NCBI GenBank assembly: GCA_018304505.1
Contig: JAGVWA010000001.1
Coordinates: 1,537-65,536 of the forward strand
Length of the DNA stretch: 64,000 bases
Reading direction: 5' to 3'
Source of the DNA: Nanobdellati archaeon
GTDB taxonomy: Archaea > B1Sed10-29 > JAGVWA01
This document shows positions 9,341 to 17,533 of the stretch, in pieces. Numbering within the stretch: position 1 is the first letter of the stretch; each line of letters starts with the position of its first letter. The notes beneath the pieces were generated by a model. The model worked only from the letters and a program-made list of their open reading frames with translations, searched no databases and had not been told where the DNA came from. The position numbers were made by a program, and so were the translations under genes.

Positions 9341-9757
9341 ATGCTCATTCAACACGTGGCCTTTGAAGAAACACCAAGTCAGGTGGCAATCCGCGGGTTT
9401 CTAGAAAAACACCCTAAAACCCAGGTAGCCAACGCCACCTTAGTGTTTGGGGAAAAGCACGCGCAGCACGCCATTATTGAGACAAGGCGCGCGTTTGCGG
9501 AGAAACGAAACATCTCTAAAACAGAGGAAATGGAATTCCTCTTACGACTAATGGGCGTCAGGCAAATCAACAAGGCCCTAGAAGCCGCTCTTCCAAACCA
9601 CGAGGCGGTGTTCATCTCGTGGAGCGAGAACGCGAAAGAAAGCTATGATGATTTTCTCGCGCAATTCGGGGCAAAGCACGCCGAGGCAAAGGCGCATACA
9701 CAAGACGAAGTGCTCGACGCCATTGAGCAAACAAGCACCTTCTGGCTAAACAACTAA
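9341..9757 (+). CDS. KEOPS complex subunit Cgi121-like
   Basis: ...LVFGEKHAQHAIIETRRAF...EFLLRLMGVRQINKALE resembles the archaeal Cgi121 motif ILVRASGQRQIHEAI. Leaderless start chosen ~25 nt downstream of TATA gtatatatacc (9310-9320). Confidence 0.5.
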   Translation: MLIQHVAFEETPSQVAIRGFLEKHPKTQVANATLVFGEKHAQHAIIETRRAFAEKRNISKTEEMEFLLRLMGVRQINKALEAALPNHEAVFISWSENAKESYDDFLAQFGAKHAEAKAHTQDEVLDAIEQTSTFWLNN

Positions 9758-10486
9758 CAGCTGCTGCTTGTAATGCTCAAGCATGGCCTCGATTTCATTT
9801 TTCAAATACTTAACAGGGTAAGCCTTGCACTCGCTGCTGGATTTAGGCAGGTGTACGATAACCAAGTCATTGATTTCCAACCCCGGAATTCTGCTCTGCA
9901 AGAGCTTGGCGTATAACGATAACTGCAACGCGTACTGCGTGTAATTATTCGCGCTCAAATATTCAATAGGCGGCTTTGCATAATTCCCCCTGCCATTCGA
10001 CATGTCAATCGATTTACTAGTCTTCCAGTCATATACACTAATGTTATTGCCATCCTTGACGATTAGGTCTGCGGTCCCCGCAACGCCAAAATCAACGTTA
10101 AACATTTGCACTTCAGGATGTAATTCATAACTTCTTAGCGGCTCCAGGAATTCCTTGATGGCACCCTCGTGGGATTTTTCAATATCATCACAACCCTCAT
10201 AACTTGGGTCTTTGACAATGTTCTCCGCCAGCGCATGGATCTTATGGCCATAACTGGTAGCGAAATTCTTGTTTTGCTGCCACATGTCAAGCACCTGGGC
10301 CTTTGTCCAGCCCATCTGCTGCGCCTTGAATTCGGCCCAGTACTCTTCTTCAAAACCCGGAAAGAAAGAGTGGATAAACGTGGTCGTTGAAATCAGGGCC
10401 TTGCCGTTGTACGTGTACTCGTGCTTCTCCTCGTCAAACTCCAAGCCCTGCGACAAGAACATCATATATGTATTGGATGGGAACAC
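9746..10486 (-). CDS. PD-(D/E)xK nuclease, phage-type (GME1/YqaJ-like exonuclease family)
   Basis: N-terminal HEYTYNGKALISTTT, then core GTADLIVKD...VYDWKTSK (D...D/E-x-K) and YALQLSLYAKL. This architecture is seen in mobile-element exonucleases. Confidence 0.55.
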   Translation of the reverse strand: MFPSNTYMMFLSQGLEFDEEKHEYTYNGKALISTTTFIHSFFPGFEEEYWAEFKAQQMGWTKAQVLDMWQQNKNFATSYGHKIHALAENIVKDPSYEGCDDIEKSHEGAIKEFLEPLRSYELHPEVQMFNVDFGVAGTADLIVKDGNNISVYDWKTSKSIDMSNGRGNYAKPPIEYLSANNYTQYALQLSLYAKLLQSRIPGLEINDLVIVHLPKSSSECKAYPVKYLKNEIEAMLEHYKQQLLVV

Positions 10487-10554
10487 GTACTAAAAGCTAA
10501 CTATTTTTGGGTTGCAACAAAAATAAACCGAAGAACGAGTTAACGAGTTGCAAC

Positions 10555-10567
10555 TAGAAACCACCAG
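10555..10567 (+). promoter_or_regulatory. conserved upstream element CTAGAAACCAC(C/T)AG of the PIN gene family (copy 1)
   Basis: Near-identical element upstream of all three copies (10555, 25470, 34309). Confidence 0.5.
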
Positions 10568-10596
10568 ACCGCATCGCAAAAAACATATAACTTACA

Positions 10597-11025
10597 TTGT
10601 TTACAATACTATACATGGCGCGGTTGTACATCGACACAAACGTTCTTGTTTATGCCATAGAAGACAGCAAAAACATTTATGGCCAAGACATCGGGAGTTC
10701 TTCATCAAAACTGTTTTGGGAAGCTGCATCTTGTAAGCATCAAGTGATTATCTCCGATTGGACGCTGAATGAATTTAGGCGAATAAGACAAGCTGAAGAC
10801 CTAAAAATGCTGTACTCTATTGCAAAAAAGAAAATAATCCCCATATCATTTGCAAGAGAAGACATTGCTCTGGCTAAACAAGAAAATCCTCATCATTTTC
10901 AAGATGAGCTTCACGGAATCCTCGCCGTACGAGCCGGTGCCGATTATATAATTACTCGAAACACAATTGATTTCGATAAATTCAAGAACCAGATTAAGGT
11001 AGTCAGGCCAGAAGACTTATTCTAG
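10597..11025 (+). CDS. PIN-domain ribonuclease (VapC-like), family copy 1
   Basis: LYIDTNVLVYAIED (first acidic residue of PIN) and C-terminal GADYIITRNTIDFDKF. Paralogous to 25494..25931 and the remnant at 34366..34512. Confidence 0.7.
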   Translation: MFTILYMARLYIDTNVLVYAIEDSKNIYGQDIGSSSSKLFWEAASCKHQVIISDWTLNEFRRIRQAEDLKMLYSIAKKKIIPISFAREDIALAKQENPHHFQDELHGILAVRAGADYIITRNTIDFDKFKNQIKVVRPEDLF

Positions 11026-11238
11026 ACCCACCCTTCGTCTTAACTCCTTTTGTAAAGCTTCCAACCCATCTTCTCGCTCAATTCTATCAAGCTCTTCGTT
11101 CTGCTTTCGAAGTTCTTCTGGATCAGGAGCTCGCTGCAAATTCTCTAACGCAGCCTTGATTTTCCAATACAATGGATCATCAGGCTCGTCAACGACACTC
11201 AATGGAATTACAACCGATTCCTGTTTTGTATGCCCCAT
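11017..11238 (-). CDS. hypothetical small acidic protein convergent with PIN copy 1
   Basis: 73-aa ORF overlapping the PIN gene 3' end by 9 nt; no known motif. An analogous convergent small ORF follows PIN copy 2. Confidence 0.2.
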   Translation of the reverse strand: MGHTKQESVVIPLSVVDEPDDPLYWKIKAALENLQRAPDPEELRKQNEELDRIEREDGLEALQKELRRRVGLE

Positions 11239-11407
11239 ACCTATTATTTACACAAACAGGTATTTAAAACACAACGCAATAAGTGAAAATACCCGTCTCA
11301 TTCAATCGGCTATAATCCATAGCAGCAATGTATAAGTACCATGCCGTGCAGAACTAATGCCAAGAACTAACATAACGCTTACTTTCGAAAAAAGGAGGAT
11401 GAACAAA

Positions 11408-12007
11408 ATGGAACTGACTGTTAAACCACTAAAATACAAGGAACTGCCGGGCTTGTCAGAAAAACAACTAAGTGAACATCACGACAAACTCTACGCGGGC
11501 TACGTAAACAAAACCAATGAAATTAGGAAGAAGCTCGAAACAGCAGACCGGGGCACTGCAAATGGAACATACAGCGACTTCAGAGAACTAAAAGTTGAAG
11601 AAACTTTTGCCCTTAATGGAGTGAAACTGCACGAGAACTACTTCGACAACATGGGTGGAAACGGAACACTTGATGGCACTATCGCAGACTGGATCGCTGC
11701 AGACTTCGGCTCATTCGAGAACTGGAAAGCCGATTTCGAAGCCTGTGGAAAAAGCGCGCGCGGCTGGGTCGTGCTGGCGTTCGACCTTGACTCTGGAAAA
11801 CTATTCAACGTCCTTTGTGATTTGCACAACATCGGCGGGGTATGGAACACAATCCCCTTATTGGTAATGGACGTTTACGAGCACGCGTACTTCATAGACT
11901 ACGCCACGGCGAGGCCAAAGTACATCGAGGCGTTCTTCAAAACAATTGATTACGCAGAAGTGAACGCGCGCATCGAGAAACTAAACCTGGCACAGTACAG
12001 GCAATAG
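11408..12007 (+). CDS. sod: Fe/Mn superoxide dismutase
   Basis: LSEHHDKLYAGYVN, NGVKLHENYF and DVYEHAYFIDY match the Fe/Mn-SOD metal-ligand motifs; GGAGG RBS 9 nt upstream. Confidence 0.85.
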   Translation: MELTVKPLKYKELPGLSEKQLSEHHDKLYAGYVNKTNEIRKKLETADRGTANGTYSDFRELKVEETFALNGVKLHENYFDNMGGNGTLDGTIADWIAADFGSFENWKADFEACGKSARGWVVLAFDLDSGKLFNVLCDLHNIGGVWNTIPLLVMDVYEHAYFIDYATARPKYIEAFFKTIDYAEVNARIEKLNLAQYRQ

Positions 12008-12096
12008 TTTGGGCAATAGCTTACCCGTGCCTTTTTTTTCTTTAACCTTTTTTTAATTAGACAAAACTATTTATATGTGTGCATTGTTGATTAACA

Positions 12097-12237
12097 ATGG
12101 CAAAAAAAGAAGACAGCTGTTTCAAATGCGGCAAGCTCATAACAAAAAAGGGCTTTACAAAAGACGCGTTAAAATTTTGCTCCCCTGAGTGCATTGAGAA
12201 GTACGAGAAAGACCCAAAGGTATGTGAGTTCTGTTAA
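12097..12237 (+). CDS. small Cys-rich zinc-ribbon protein (TRASH/YHS-like metal-binding domain)
   Basis: 46-aa ORF below the ORF-track size cutoff: MAKKEDSCFKCGKLITKKGFTKDALKFCSPECIEKYEKDPKVCEFC. Cx2C-x16-Cx3C spacing is close to TRASH; lies immediately upstream of the DsbD/CcdA gene. Confidence 0.35.
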   Translation: MAKKEDSCFKCGKLITKKGFTKDALKFCSPECIEKYEKDPKVCEFC

Positions 12238-12239
12238 GC

Positions 12240-12968
12240 ATGGTGACAACAATAGACCTGCCCCTAATTATAGGCGCAGCAATAATCGATGGAATCAACC
12301 CCTGCGCCTTCGGCGTGCTGATATTCATGATAGGCTACCTGAGCCAGGCCTTCAAGTCATCCAGCAAAAAGTTCACCCCCTCCCAAATAAACAACAAAAT
12401 CCTGGTAAACGGAACGATATACATCGCCGCCGTGTTCCTGACTTACCTAGTTGCCGGCCTCATCCTACTGCCTGTAATCAGAACCATCGGCGCCGCGTCA
12501 GTTGTAGCTTACCAAGTCATAGGCGCCATTATTATACTATTCGGCCTGCTGGAAATCAAAGACTTTTTCTGGTACGGCAAGGGCCCCAGCCTATCAATAC
12601 TGCCCGGCCAGTCTGCAAGGATACACGCTTACACCGAACGAGTCGGGCAAAGGAAAACCGCAGCCTTCTTACTTGGGGTATTTGTAGCGCTTGTAGAACT
12701 GCCATGCACTGGCGCAGTCTACCTCGGCGTCTTGGCATTAATGAGCTTGAGCGGATTGACGATTTCAAACCTCACGTTCCTGCTGCTCTACAACGTCATT
12801 TTCATAATCCCATTGTTCATTATCCTCGGCGCCTTCTTCAAGGGCTCTAATGTCGAGTGGCTTGAAGCCTGGAGAAAACGCCACCGGGGCCTGATGAGGC
12901 TGTTTATCGGCTCGCTTCTTGTAGGCATGGGAGTGTGGATGTTCATGATTCTGCAAACCGGAGGTTGA
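12240..12968 (+). CDS. ccdA: DsbD/CcdA-family transmembrane thiol-disulfide electron transporter
   Basis: Two TM-embedded Cys motifs, DGINPCAFGVL and ELPCTGAVYLGVL, typical of the CcdA/DsbD beta core. Confidence 0.75.
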   Translation: MVTTIDLPLIIGAAIIDGINPCAFGVLIFMIGYLSQAFKSSSKKFTPSQINNKILVNGTIYIAAVFLTYLVAGLILLPVIRTIGAASVVAYQVIGAIIILFGLLEIKDFFWYGKGPSLSILPGQSARIHAYTERVGQRKTAAFLLGVFVALVELPCTGAVYLGVLALMSLSGLTISNLTFLLLYNVIFIIPLFIILGAFFKGSNVEWLEAWRKRHRGLMRLFIGSLLVGMGVWMFMILQTGG

Positions 12969-12975
12969 TAAAAAA

Positions 12976-13773
12976 ATGAAAAAGGCATTAACACTAGCAG
13001 CACTGCTTGCATTGGTTGCAGTATTACTAATTACCCCATTGGCATTGTCGCACGAAGAAGGAGACGACACACCGGCTGGCGAGCCGCACATTAACGAAAC
13101 AGCGAAGCCAGCAGGCCCGGCGATATGCGATTTTGAAAACGGATGCGCCGCTGAAAACGGCAATGGGGCAGCAAATGCAACGCTACTTTACTTTAACTAT
13201 GGCCTTGGAGGAACATGGGCCCTCATTACAACGTTGCTTATTTACTTCGCTTTTACTGGAAAGAAGAAAAAACCCAACGCCAAGGCCCTGGGAATAAACA
13301 TCGCCATCGTTTCTATACTCGCAATCCTGGCGTACTTTGGGGGACAGTACGGTGGAGAAAACATACCAGTTGTAGTTTGCGCCGAAGGCACGTGCTACAT
13401 GACAATGCACATACACTCAGAAATCACTGCACGCGTTTGCGGCGAAGCTTTCGCGTTTGGATTAGAAACCGGCGAGCTTAACGAGAGCCATACACACAAG
13501 GAATCCGGGGTAGTGCACTGGCACGACCGCCTCGAGGTAAATCCAGAAACGCAAGTTCCGTATGACTGGGGAACATTGAGGTTGGTGAACTTCTTTGAAA
13601 ACCTGGGCCTTACTTTCAATAGCACGACGTTTGATGGCTACTCAAACGGCGACGCGTGCCCCGATGGTTCCCCCGGCGTCCTGAAAATGACCGTAAACGG
13701 GATTCCAAATAGCGAATTCGGCAACTATGTCTGGGCAGACGGCGACGTCATACAAATCGAGTTTGGGCCGTAA
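12976..13773 (+). CDS. secreted/membrane protein, hypothetical
   Basis: Signal peptide (MKKALTLAALLALVAVLLITPLALS), one internal TM, several Cys pairs and a His-rich stretch (HTHKESGVVHWHD). Confidence 0.4.
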   Translation: MKKALTLAALLALVAVLLITPLALSHEEGDDTPAGEPHINETAKPAGPAICDFENGCAAENGNGAANATLLYFNYGLGGTWALITTLLIYFAFTGKKKKPNAKALGINIAIVSILAILAYFGGQYGGENIPVVVCAEGTCYMTMHIHSEITARVCGEAFAFGLETGELNESHTHKESGVVHWHDRLEVNPETQVPYDWGTLRLVNFFENLGLTFNSTTFDGYSNGDACPDGSPGVLKMTVNGIPNSEFGNYVWADGDVIQIEFGP

Positions 13774-13812
13774 AACAACACAAGGGATAGCAACAGGACT
13801 AATGATAACAAC

Positions 13813-14184
13813 ATGAATGATAAGAAGATTGAGAATATGACTGCGGGAATTACTGGGAAACTGACAGATAAGAAGTGCGTGCCATGCGAAGGCGGAATTC
13901 CCCCGTTGACACGCAAAGAGTTTGAACCAATGCTGGAACAAGTACCCAAATGGGGCGTTACGCAGGACGAAAAATCAATCAGCAAAGAATTCGAATTCAA
14001 AAACTTCAAGCAGGCCATGTTTTTCATCAATGCCGTTGCGTACATTGCGGAACAAGAAGGGCATCACCCTGACATCCACTTGCACGGCTGGAACAAAATA
14101 AAATTCGAGTTATCAACGCACGCCATCAAGGGGCTCTCGGACAACGATTTTATTCTCGCGGCGAAGATTGATCATCTCCTATAG
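13813..14184 (+). CDS. pterin-4a-carbinolamine dehydratase (PCD/DCoH)
   Basis: EQEGHHPDIHLHGWNKIKFELSTHAIKGLSDNDFILAAKID matches the PCD signature (EGHHPD...THD.GLS..D..A.KID). Confidence 0.8.
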   Translation: MNDKKIENMTAGITGKLTDKKCVPCEGGIPPLTRKEFEPMLEQVPKWGVTQDEKSISKEFEFKNFKQAMFFINAVAYIAEQEGHHPDIHLHGWNKIKFELSTHAIKGLSDNDFILAAKIDHLL

Positions 14185-14469
14185 CGTGGGGTTAAGCAAG
14201 TCCTGAACCTCATCTACTAATTGGGCTTCTCCTGGCCTGTGAATAAAAAAACGGTCCTCATCAGACGTAAAGCCGCACGGGACGTGGACGAACGTTTCTT
14301 CCGACGACAAGACTTTCGTGCCTATATTCACCGTTCTTCCATTGACGCGCACCGAGCCCGGAGACCTCTGCCAAAAAACGCCTTCATCCCAATATATATC
14401 CAACGCTGACTCTTCTGGTAGTTCTATGAGTGTCCACATGTGTATTCTAACCTCATTATAGGCGGGCAA
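14179..14469 (-). CDS. hypothetical small protein (paralog B of a tandem pair)
   Basis: Shares W-x-hEh...WD...(R/K)VNG(R/K)xV...TFV...DEV(Q/T) with the adjacent 14456..14740 ORF; the two overlap by 14 nt. Confidence 0.4.
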   Translation of the reverse strand: MPAYNEVRIHMWTLIELPEESALDIYWDEGVFWQRSPGSVRVNGRTVNIGTKVLSSEETFVHVPCGFTSDEDRFFIHRPGEAQLVDEVQDLLNPTL

Positions 14470-14740
14470 GTATGTCCTTGCGCTGCGACAGCCACTCCGT
14501 TACCTCGTCCTTTACCGGAGTATTGCTGCCGTTATCAGCAGTGCGCCTGAGGCAAACTTCGGTGAGGCCCCTAAGAACCACAAAGGTGTCAGGCGATCTG
14601 GGAATGCCCTTGCTATCCATGCGTACGCGCTTGCCATTAACCTTTAAATCAACAGCAGGGTCCCAACTCGTAAGCTTATCGTTCATGAGAACCCGCGCAT
14701 CACTGTTGCTAACCTCTTCGACTTGCCACACATTAATCAC
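14456..14740 (-). CDS. hypothetical small protein (paralog A of a tandem pair)
   Basis: DLKVNGKRVRMDSKGIPRSPDTFVV parallels SVRVNGRTVNIGTKVLSSEETFVH in paralog B. Confidence 0.4.
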   Translation of the reverse strand: MINVWQVEEVSNSDARVLMNDKLTSWDPAVDLKVNGKRVRMDSKGIPRSPDTFVVLRGLTEVCLRRTADNGSNTPVKDEVTEWLSQRKDILARL

Positions 14741-14822
14741 CTCTAATGTTCTCTGTCATTAATTTTAATTATATTTCAGTTTTGCCCACGGGCATTTTTA
14801 TACCTTGCCCATGCCCCCTGAC

Positions 14823-15074
14823 TTAACCCTTGATGTCCTCATTATACGGGCCTAAGAGGGCTTCGTGCAGGCGTGTTATTGCGCCGTCTTCATTGTTCTC
14901 CACGCCCCTTAGAAGGTCAGATGCTGATGGGGGGTAAATCCGCTCTAATTGCTCGCCCTCTGCGGGGTCAAGAATCAAGGCCTCATCAGTGTCCCCTATC
15001 TGTATTACAACTGCGGCATTGCCACTTTTTAGATGCACCTCAGCCTGTTCCATTGACGCTTTCTTAAGCCACAT
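14823..15074 (-). CDS. hypothetical protein
   Basis: 83-aa ORF co-directional with the paralog pair; no recognisable motif. Confidence 0.3.
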   Translation of the reverse strand: MWLKKASMEQAEVHLKSGNAAVVIQIGDTDEALILDPAEGEQLERIYPPSASDLLRGVENNEDGAITRLHEALLGPYNEDIKG

Positions 15075-15134
15075 GTTTTAACCAGTTATTTTTTGCACAT
15101 AATAGTATTTAAAGCTTCCCCGTCTCACTCATGT

Positions 15135-15425
15135 ATGAACTTGCTGTTCGTGTGCCGCGCAGGCCTCCAAAGATCGCCGACTGCAGCCAAGCTCTTTAAT
15201 GGCAAGTACAGTGGGATGTACGACGTGACGAAAGAAAACGTGGAATGGGCCGACCTCATTATTGTTTTCGAGGACACGCAGGAAAACCTCATAAAATCAT
15301 TGTATCCAGAGCACGCGCACAAGCTCAGGAATCTCAACATACCTGACCTGTACCCACGCGATGACCCTGAGCTAATTCGGCTGCTGAATGAGAAGGTGCC
15401 GCAATTACTTGATTCGGGCCGTTGA
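15135..15425 (+). CDS. low-molecular-weight phosphatase / ArsC-like family protein (short form)
   Basis: MNLLFVCRAGLQRSPTAAKLF contains the CX5R(S) P-loop of LMW-PTP/arsenate reductase. Only ~97 aa. Confidence 0.55.
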   Translation: MNLLFVCRAGLQRSPTAAKLFNGKYSGMYDVTKENVEWADLIIVFEDTQENLIKSLYPEHAHKLRNLNIPDLYPRDDPELIRLLNEKVPQLLDSGR

Positions 15426-15956
15426 TGCTGCTGACGGATGAACCACGTTGCAATTGGCGCAGCTCTCTGGATTCAAGCAGTTGTTCCTCTGGACTTCCGA
15501 AACCAAATTTAGTTTGAACAGAAAATCGTTGCTCGCCGAGACAACAACATTGACGTTAATGTCTGAGACCCCCTCCTCGCTGCGGATGTGGTTAGTGATG
15601 ATCTCGTCAATCTTCTTGAGACCCTCTGACACGAGGAAAACTGAAACGTTGTTCTTGCCGCTCATTATAAAGCCGTTGACGAAGAAGCTGCATTTCCTCA
15701 TTTTCTCAAGGAACATGTTGGGGTTGCTGGCCGTCAAGTCAACGCGGGCGAGGAACAAGCCCGAGTTAGTGAAACTCAAGCCCACGTGGTGGTTTAGCAT
15801 CCCTGTTCTTGTAAGCTTCTGAATCCGGGCGTTGACGCTGGGCTGCGATACCTTTAATCGCTCGGCTATGTCGGCCTGTGAAATTCCAGGGTTTTCCATC
15901 ATCCACGTCAGGATCTTTACGTCCCTATCATCTAGGCCAAGTTTCTGCTGAATCAT
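15405..15956 (-). CDS. Lrp/AsnC-family transcriptional regulator
   Basis: N-terminal HTH (LDDRDVKILTWMMENPGISQADIAERLKVSQPSVNARIQKL) plus a RAM-like domain; C-terminal Cys-rich tail. Confidence 0.75.
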   Translation of the reverse strand: MIQQKLGLDDRDVKILTWMMENPGISQADIAERLKVSQPSVNARIQKLTRTGMLNHHVGLSFTNSGLFLARVDLTASNPNMFLEKMRKCSFFVNGFIMSGKNNVSVFLVSEGLKKIDEIITNHIRSEEGVSDINVNVVVSASNDFLFKLNLVSEVQRNNCLNPESCANCNVVHPSAASTARIK

Positions 15957-16046
15957 ACCTAGTTTCTTATTCCCCAACATATATAAAGCTTTCTATATTT
16001 TATAGGGCAATAACTTATCTTACCCTAGTTTAGATATGCACCTGTT

Positions 16047-16059
16047 TTATATATATAGC
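16047..16059 (+). promoter_or_regulatory. TATA-box-like promoter element upstream of sufB
   Basis: ttttatatatata lies ~30-40 nt upstream of the sufB start, in the divergent Lrp/sufB intergenic region. Confidence 0.4.
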
Positions 16060-16084
16060 CATACAGAACTATGCTAAGCACAAA

Positions 16085-17509
16085 ATGGGGATCAACATGG
16101 CTTCACAAATGGACTCGACATTCCAGATAAACCGGGAAAACTACGACCACTACAACCCTGAGGACCTGGCGTTCAAGGCCAAGCCCGGCATAACAGAAGA
16201 GCTGGTTAGAGAAATCTCTGCCTCCAAAAACGAGCCGAACTGGATGCTGGAAAAGCGGCTCGAAGGCTACCGAAAATTCCGCGAAATGAACATGCCGGGG
16301 TGGGGCCCGGACCTCTCCAAACTTGACTTAGACGACCTGCACTACTACATCAAGCCTAACGCCAAAGACAGCGCGACAACGTGGGATGAAGTACCAACAG
16401 ACATAAAAAACACGTTCGAAAAACTCGGAATCCCCGAAGCAGAACGCAACAGCCTCGCCGGCGTCGGGGCACAGTACGAGTCGCAGACAGTTTATCACAA
16501 GCTCAAGGAAGAATGGGAAAAACAAGGGATCATTTTCACTGACTGTGACGAAGCCCTCAAGAGATACCCTGATTTAATGAAGAAGTACTTTATGACGAGT
16601 TGCGTTCCAATCGGCCTACACAAATTCTCAGCACTGCACGCCGCGGTATGGTCTGGGGGGACTTTCATCTACATTCCAAAGGACGTCAAACTCAAAACGC
16701 CGCTACAAGCGTACTTTAGAATGAACGCGCGCAAAGGCGGACAATTCGAACACACGCTCATCATAGTAGACGAAGGCGCTGAGTGCCAGTATCTTGAAGG
16801 GTGCAGTGCCCCAACTTACACCAAAAACGCGCTGCACGCAGGCTGCGTAGAGATCCATGTAATGAAAAACGCGCGCTGTCGTTACAGCAGCATTGAAAAC
16901 TGGAGTTCCAATACATACAACCTAAACACCAAGCGCGCCGTAGTCGAGGAAAACGGCATCATCGAATGGGTAAACGGCAATTTAGGTTCAGGAGTCACTA
17001 TGCTCTACCCGGCATCGATTTTGAAAGGCGACCGCTCAAAAAGCTACTTCATAGGAATCGCGTTTGCAGGCAAGAACCAGAACCAGGACACTGGAGCAAA
17101 GATAATACACATTGGCAAGAACACCAGCTCGACAACAGTTTCAAAATCAATAAGCAAGGACGGCGGAATCAGCAGCTACCGCGGCCTGCTTTCAGTAAAA
17201 CCCAGCGCAAAGAACGCCAAGGCCTCGGTGAATTGCGACGCACTCATGATGGACAACATTTCAAAGAGCAACACGTACCCATCAATGGACATCAAGACAA
17301 ACACGGCAAGCGTTGCACACGAAGCCACAGTAGGAAAAATTAGCGAAGAACAAATATTCTATTTAATGTCACGGGGCCTGTCCGAACAAGACGCCACGCA
17401 AATGATCGTCTCTGGCTTCATAGAACCAATAGCCAAAGAGCTCCCCCTAGAATACGCTATCGAATTCAACCGTCTAATCCAGCTTGAGATGGAAAACAGC
17501 ATCGGCTAA
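16085..17509 (+). CDS. sufB: Fe-S cluster assembly protein SufB
   Basis: SufB/SufD beta-helix core. TATA-like ttttatatatata ~30 nt upstream. Confidence 0.9.
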   Translation: MGINMASQMDSTFQINRENYDHYNPEDLAFKAKPGITEELVREISASKNEPNWMLEKRLEGYRKFREMNMPGWGPDLSKLDLDDLHYYIKPNAKDSATTWDEVPTDIKNTFEKLGIPEAERNSLAGVGAQYESQTVYHKLKEEWEKQGIIFTDCDEALKRYPDLMKKYFMTSCVPIGLHKFSALHAAVWSGGTFIYIPKDVKLKTPLQAYFRMNARKGGQFEHTLIIVDEGAECQYLEGCSAPTYTKNALHAGCVEIHVMKNARCRYSSIENWSSNTYNLNTKRAVVEENGIIEWVNGNLGSGVTMLYPASILKGDRSKSYFIGIAFAGKNQNQDTGAKIIHIGKNTSSTTVSKSISKDGGISSYRGLLSVKPSAKNAKASVNCDALMMDNISKSNTYPSMDIKTNTASVAHEATVGKISEEQIFYLMSRGLSEQDATQMIVSGFIEPIAKELPLEYAIEFNRLIQLEMENSIG

Positions 17510-17533
17510 AGTAATTTTCAGTGATGTGGGAAA

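Noticed and set aside
12194-12850. 218-aa Arg/Pro-rich ORF
   Set aside because: Out-of-frame overlap with the well-supported CcdA/DsbD gene; composition typical of a shadow frame.
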